Origin: the human T2T-CHM13v2.0 reference genome, Homo sapiens
NCBI RefSeq assembly: GCF_009914755.1
Contig: NC_060935.1
DNA length: 64,000 nt
Direction: 5' to 3' (one strand)
Below, one piece after another: positions 57,960 to 64,000 of the stretch. The notes beneath the pieces are model-generated. The model was not told the origin of the DNA. It worked only from the letters and a program-made list of their open reading frames with translations, and searched no databases. Made by a program: the position numbers and the translations under genes. Positions within the stretch are counted from its first letter, which is position 1. Every line of letters starts with the position of its first letter.

Positions 57960-58190
57960 TATGAATGTCCTTAGTTGATTTTAAGGAATACCATTCAGTT
58001 TATAGCCCTGATACCTAAGTGGCCATGTTTTCTATAGAATTCTGACATAAACCTCAATCTAATGCCACCTGACTAAATCAGGAATGGCACTTGACCAAAA
58101 GTCAAGCAAATTTTAATTAAGTCATATGCTATGATCTCAGTGATCAGGTGAATTGAGCCAATCATATTCTCTCTTTTGAAAATTTAAACA
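57960..58190 (+). mobile_element. Old ERVL/MaLR LTR fragment
   Basis: gagccaatcatattctctc and ggaatggcacttgacc motifs. Confidence 0.4.
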
Positions 58191-58249
58191 CACAGACACA
58201 CACAAACATAAACACACACAGAACAGGCTGTGTGCTTTTTATTAAATTA

Positions 58250-59040
58250 CAATCTCTCAGTTCAAGTCCACCCTCCTCTTGCTTTGAGATGCTGGGTCTC
58301 GGTCAGTGCAAAGCATATATTTTCCTTTGCCACCTGGCTCCCTGTTTGCCAATACAGGGATACAGAGGGAGAATAGAAGCTTGAGAGGGAAGTAGAAAGT
58401 GCTTCCTGCTTCTGACAATGTCGCCCTGTTTATTCCAGTAGCCACTGCAAAGCAGTTGGTTCTATTTTATACATTTTTCTACAATTCAGGAAGAAAAAAA
58501 CCTAATCGCACTCTTTCCTAGTGATAAAACAGCACTAGCTGGCTGGTACCCCATCCTCAGAAATGTGATTCCAGCTTTGCCTGTGGATTCCTTTCTAGTT
58601 TTCAGGCTGTAACACTGGCTGAGTACCATCCCCCACAAAATTCTGCATCCCAGCTCCGTGGGTACCCCAATCTGAGTTTCTGGGGTACAGCCCCAGCTGG
58701 CAGCCTCTCCTTAAAGGAAAGGTTCTTAGCTCTGTGGAGTCCTTGCTGAGCTTCTAAAGTCCCTCTATTTTTCGGGGGACACCCTCACCCAAGACTCCTG
58801 TATTCCTTTTCTTCAAAGCCCCTCCTCCAGTATTCTAAATTCTAATAATCTCTGACTCTTACTTTTGTCCCTGCATCCAGGATATCCACTTCCTGTAATT
58901 ACTACCTTTATGATTCCTCAGTGTTTTTTTTTTTTTTGCCTTTATTATTCGCCAATAACTGGCTAACCATTCTTTGATAATTCTGCCTATTGAAATAAAT
59001 GGTGTGGTTTCTGTTTCCTGAATGTAACCTGATTCACACA
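58250..59040 (+). mobile_element. ERVL solo LTR, LTR50-like
   Basis: tttcctttgccacctggctccctgtt...gagggaga; 3' end ttgaaataaatggtgtggtttctgtttcctga...caca. Confidence 0.65.
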
Positions 59041-59366
59041 GGTCATTAGCAGCAGGAGCTGAAGCTGTTAAAGGGAAAGCAGCTGCAGAGGCCATGATAG
59101 GCTATGTGCAAGGCAAAATTTTAAGAGGAACAATTAGTAAAAGGCTAAGAAAAATAATCAGAAACAAAAAAGAACAGAAATGAATAGACATTCAGGGAGA
59201 AGTAGAGTTGCAAAAAGTTTAAAGCTCCTGTTGCTCATAAGAATGACACAAGCATATAAGAAGCTTCTAGAACTGCCTTTTTTATTCTTGTTTCTTAATT
59301 TGGTTTCAGTTCCAGCCCACACATGTTGCCAGAAAAATTCCCTTTTTACATGGGTCACCTAAATGA

Positions 59367-59797
<431 letters not shown>

Positions 59798-61033
59798 AAG
59801 TCTTCTCTCTCTTTTTGGTTGATATTTCTATTGAGTGGCTGTGTTTACCTCACCATTGCTTCCTCATCTTTAGAGAGCACTTCACACTTGCAAACACCTC
59901 CATAGCTAGGTTCTTATGTGACTCTCCAAACAAAGTGATATCTCTGAAGATAGATTAACATATCTTCCATTCAGCTTAATCTACATAATGTGTAAAGAAA
60001 GGGTTATCTTTTGGGAGGATCATGAGTTATGAATGCAGGACAGACAGCTGTTATAAATGCAACTGAGAGAGAGCTAAATATTAATAGGAAAATGCATGAG
60101 CAATACCTTCTACCTTCATTTCCAGTCCACTTACAACATTTCTACTTATGCCTTAAAGCAGCAAAAATAATTCAAGTATTTGCCAGTAAAAGGGAAAGTA
60201 CAAACTTCTCCTCTACAATGGTGCTTAATGTCACTATAATTTGATCTTTTTTTTTCCTTAACACAGTGAAACCCCACAAATGAAAAAAGAGATTGTTTCA
60301 GTTTTGCAGAGCTGATGGCTTCTATTTCTAGGTGTGAGTCCCCTTGACTCTTGATGGTATAACAATTATTAACTACAGAGGATGCCACAACCCAATCCTC
60401 CAGCTTACAAACTGCCACTTGTTTTGAGTCACTTAGACTTTCATTCTTCCCCACTGGTTCATTCAGACAAGTACAACTTTTCCAATAGCCCAACAGAAAA
60501 TATTTTCATGCTGTCACCACATAAAGCTTTCCGATCTCCCCAGGTTTTCAAAGAGAGAATCGAAAGCCAGCTACCATTCCCAAACACTTTGTTCCATATT
60601 AATGATTGAACCACTGCCCCAGTTTCAAAGAAAAGGAGCTGGGGCATCACCATTTGCCTGCCTGTTTCATTCTGAATCCCAAGAAGGACAATCTGCCACT
60701 CTTTCAACTCCTGGGGTAGCGCTCAGAAACATCTGTTTGAGAAACAGTTTGACCCCTACCCTTCTGCATAAATCACTACTGGTAAAAGTTTTATGAGGTG
60801 GCAACTTTTTCCCCCTGCTTTCTCCTTTTGTAACTGACTGAAGCCCAAATGAACAAGATGAAATGGCCAGACATTTAGCCATATGCTGGCATCCACATGT
60901 GTACATTCGGGAGGGAAAAGAAGCTGTCAGCTGTACCAAAGGAGAATTATAATGATCTGAAATGTAATTAACAACCCCATAGTCAATGAATCTTTGAAGG
61001 ATTCTAATGGAAAAAATTATACCTCTCACTTAC

Positions 61034-61170
61034 CTGTAGCAAATTGTTCATGGACCCGTTTCTCTGTTTGCAAAACTGGAACCCACTTAATTTATGGCGA
61101 TTCCAAAGTAGTCTCAGGATGTTTCCATATTGTTAATCCGCATAAGTTATTCTTGCTTTTCCAGTAACTC
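61034..61170 (-). other. LRRC4C: Internal non-coding (5'UTR-type) exon, 137 nt; probably LRRC4C (NGL-1)
   Basis: Seen: acceptor TCTTTTTCTTCTATTTTATGTAG|GAG, perfect donor CAG|GTAAGT, unique sequence, stops in all three frames. The gene name is from memory (minus-strand gene with a 137-nt 5'UTR exon) and is unverified. Exon confidence ~0.85, gene ~0.65. Confidence 0.7.
61114..61143 (-). other. uORF MRINNMETS* inside the exon
   Basis: ATG CGG ATT AAC AAT ATG GAA ACA TCC TGA; the internal ATG has strong Kozak context (AATATGG). Confidence 0.55.
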
Positions 61171-61659
61171 CTACATAAAATAGAAGAAAAAGATATAATT
61201 AGGATTATTTAATGGTCAATAAATGCTGGTAGATTTTAACACCTAGAGCTCACACTAAAAAAAAATTAAAAAACACACACACACATTGACCATTTTTATT
61301 TTTTGTATGATAGAAAGTAATGGGAAAAATATTTTCTCTTTTAAAAACTATATCAAATGTTATGGTCATTTTGTAAATACAGTTACACCTAGTAGTAGAT
61401 CTCCAGGTGACTGGTAAAGGCTAAATAAAAGTTTATTGATTAGAGACTCAATATAATAGTTTTAATTAAAATTTGCTTGTTACTTCATGAGGTAAGAAGG
61501 TGGAAAGGAATTTAACATCTGAGATGTTACCATGGGCCTGGGCTATGTGAATTGCTTTTACATGTATTATTTTATTCAGTCAGCACAGTAATATTTCTTA
61601 AGATCTTGCTATCCACACTGTCTAGCAGATGCTTTTGTTAGCCTCATTTTTCAAATTGT

Positions 61660-62782
61660 AATCGGGAGAACCCACTCCCAATATTTCAGCGTAGGTTCTT
61701 TCTATTTCCCATAAGTGTCAGCCAGCTGAGAAATAAAGAGAAAGAGTACAAAGAGAGGAATTTCACACCTGGGCCTCCGGGGGTGACCTCACATATCGGT
61801 AGCACCGTGATGCCCACCTGAGTCACAAAACCAGCAGGTTTTAATTAAGGGTTTCAAAAGGGGAGGGGTGTACAAAAGGGAAGTAGGTCACAAAGATCAC
61901 AGGCTTCAAAGGGCAAAAAGGAGAACAAAGATCACATGTTTCTGAGGAAACAGGACAAAAGGCAAAACAAAACTACTGATAAAGGTCTGTGTTCAGCTGT
62001 GCATGTATTGTCTTGATAAACATCTTAAACAACAGAAGACAGGGTTCAAGAGCAGAGAACTGGTCTGACCAAAAATTTACCAGGCTGGAATTTCCCAATC
62101 CTAGTAAGCCTGAGGGTACTGCAGGAGACCAGGGCGTATTTCAGTAGTCCTTATCTCAACCACATAAGACAGACACTCCCAGAGCGGCCGTTTATAGACC
62201 TCCCCCCAAGAATGCATTCCTTTCCCAGGGTCTTAATTATTAATATTCCTTGCTAGGAAAAGAATTTAGCAATATCTTCCCTACTTGCACATCCATGTAT
62301 AGGCTCTCTGCAAGAAGAAAAATATGGCTCTATTCTGCCCGACCCCGCAGGCAGTCAGACCATATGGTTGTCTCCCCTTGTTCCCTGAAAATCACTGTCA
62401 TTCTGTTCTTTTTCAAGGTACACTGATTTCATATTGTTGAAACACACATGTTTTACAATCAATTTGTACAGTTAACACAGTAGTGGTCCTGAGGTGACAT
62501 ACATTCTCAGTTTATGAAGATAACAGGATTAAGAGAGTAAAGTAAAGACAGGCATAAAAAATTATAAAAGTATTAATTTTGGGAACTGATAAATGTCAAT
62601 ATTAAAATGAAATCTTCACAATTTATGTTCAGAGATTGAAGTAAAGACAGGAGTAAGAAATTATAAAAGTATTATTTGGGAACTGATATATGTCCATATT
62701 AAAATGAAATCTTCACAATTTATGTTCCTCTGCCACAGCTCCAGCCAGTCCCTCCATTCAGGGTCCCTGACTTCCCACAACA
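61660..62782 (-). mobile_element. MER11 (HERV-K11/HML-8) solo LTR
   Basis: Minus 5' end TGTTGTGGGAAGTCAGGGACCC; 1123 bp; perfect 6-bp TSD AATTGT (61654-61659, 62783-62788); internal ~90-bp tandem duplication at ~62541-62727. Confidence 0.95.
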
Positions 62783-63061
62783 AATTGTAAAGCAAAGACT
62801 TATAAATAGGGGAAGTTAGATAATAAGTCCATTTAAACTGAATACCATATTCTCTTGTTTTAGTCAGATGATGGGGAAGACCATTGATTATTGCTTTGTT
62901 TTGTTTAAATAATTAATGTCAAAATATTTTTTGTGTTAAATCTGGCCTAAGACAAATGAAAAGAGTTATTTTGGCACTAGGCTAATGAAGAATTCCAAAA
63001 AAAATAGATAATGAATTTCCTGTCACAGTATATCCTAATTATGATGAAACACCTTAACGAG

Positions 63062-63517
63062 TATTAAATAAAATTTGTAGAAGGCTGTTGTTTTGGACTA
63101 AACTCCTGCAATAGGCCCCAGTAGACCAAAGCAAAATGGAGCCACTCATGTTAAGTGTCATGAAGACGAAGTGATACTTTAAAAAACAGGAAAATTTCCA
63201 AACAGTCCTTTTTCTTTTTTCCAAAATAACAAGAGATTCACATAAACCATCTGAAAAAGGGCCAGTCATCCTGACCCAGCATGATAACTGTCTTTACTTT
63301 CCTAACAAGGAAAGTAACCTGACAGTAACCAATCTTCTTTTATGTATATGCTGTTTCCTTGTTTCTGCTCAAGCTACCTTTCAAAAACTGAATGTTCTGC
63401 TATATCCAATGAAATGCATTCCTATTTTTATAGATGAGATGCTGCCCAATTCATGAATAATTAATAAAAGTCAATTAGATTGTCAAACCCAAATTGTTGA
63501 AATTTTGTTATTTGACA
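63062..63517 (+). mobile_element. ERV1 MER4-group solo LTR
   Basis: tattaaataaaatttgtagaaggc...ggactaaactcctgcaataggcccc...aataaaagtcaattagat...tttgaca; subfamily uncertain. Confidence 0.75.
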
Positions 63518-64000
63518 TCACATAATTTTTTTCTCCATTACACTTGTTTTGGCCTGAAATTGCACATCTATTTAGAATTCACAGTACTCTTTTAACTAAG
63601 TTTAACAAAAATAACTTCCTGTGCATCTGAACTATATTACTTATTTAATTTAACACTCTCTTATATTAACTTGTTTTTATTAAGAAACTCTCAGCCATGG
63701 TAGTTCTCTTTGGCCAGCCCATAAGAATCATTATGACATGACAAACCACCCATTAATGCCCTCTTGTTCCCAAAAATAGCCAGCCACAGAAAACCCTCTG
63801 CCTCTCACATTAAACTTCTCTCATTTGAAACATCCCTAAACTGCACAAGTGCCCCCTTGTAGCCAACAAATACTTGTAAAATGTACCATTTAGAAAGCCT
63901 CTCTAGTTTCCAAAATCCCATCTTAATAGAACATTTGCCAGTCAGGTAAGTCTGACTATTTTTGCATTTTACACCCTAAAATTTACTCCTCTTCCTAACA

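Noticed and set aside
60667-61029. 120-aa minus-strand ORF next to the exon
   Set aside because: Starts at a GTG inside the donor site (intronic) and has no domain similarity.

Overview
Human/great-ape genomic DNA (AluY/S/J, L1PA, THE1, MER11), AT-rich and roughly half interspersed repeats. No intact cellular protein-coding exon was found; nearly all ORF-track entries are repeat-derived or chance ORFs. The clearest host-gene signal is a 137-nt non-coding exon on the minus strand (61170->61034) with strong splice sites and three uATGs. From memory it matches a 5'-UTR exon of LRRC4C (NGL-1, chr11p12), which would make the rest of the window intronic sequence of a very long neuronal gene; this needs BLAT confirmation. 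Major elements are a 5'-complete L1PA2/3 (1-4378, minus) with ORF1 broken by one nonsense codon and ORF2 open to the window edge, a near-full-length old L1MA/MB split by an LTR1 solo LTR, a near-full-length Tigger1, an internally deleted L1MD, several solo LTRs and eight Alus. I found no previously undescribed system that I can support. The best leads are the ORF1-null/ORF2-open L1, the uORF-bearing UTR exon, a sense MER11 LTR 490 nt upstream of it, recursive-splice-like sites, a sense (GAA)15 tract and a MIR-derived hairpin. Repeat subfamily names come from recalled consensus sequences, and old-repeat boundaries are approximate.
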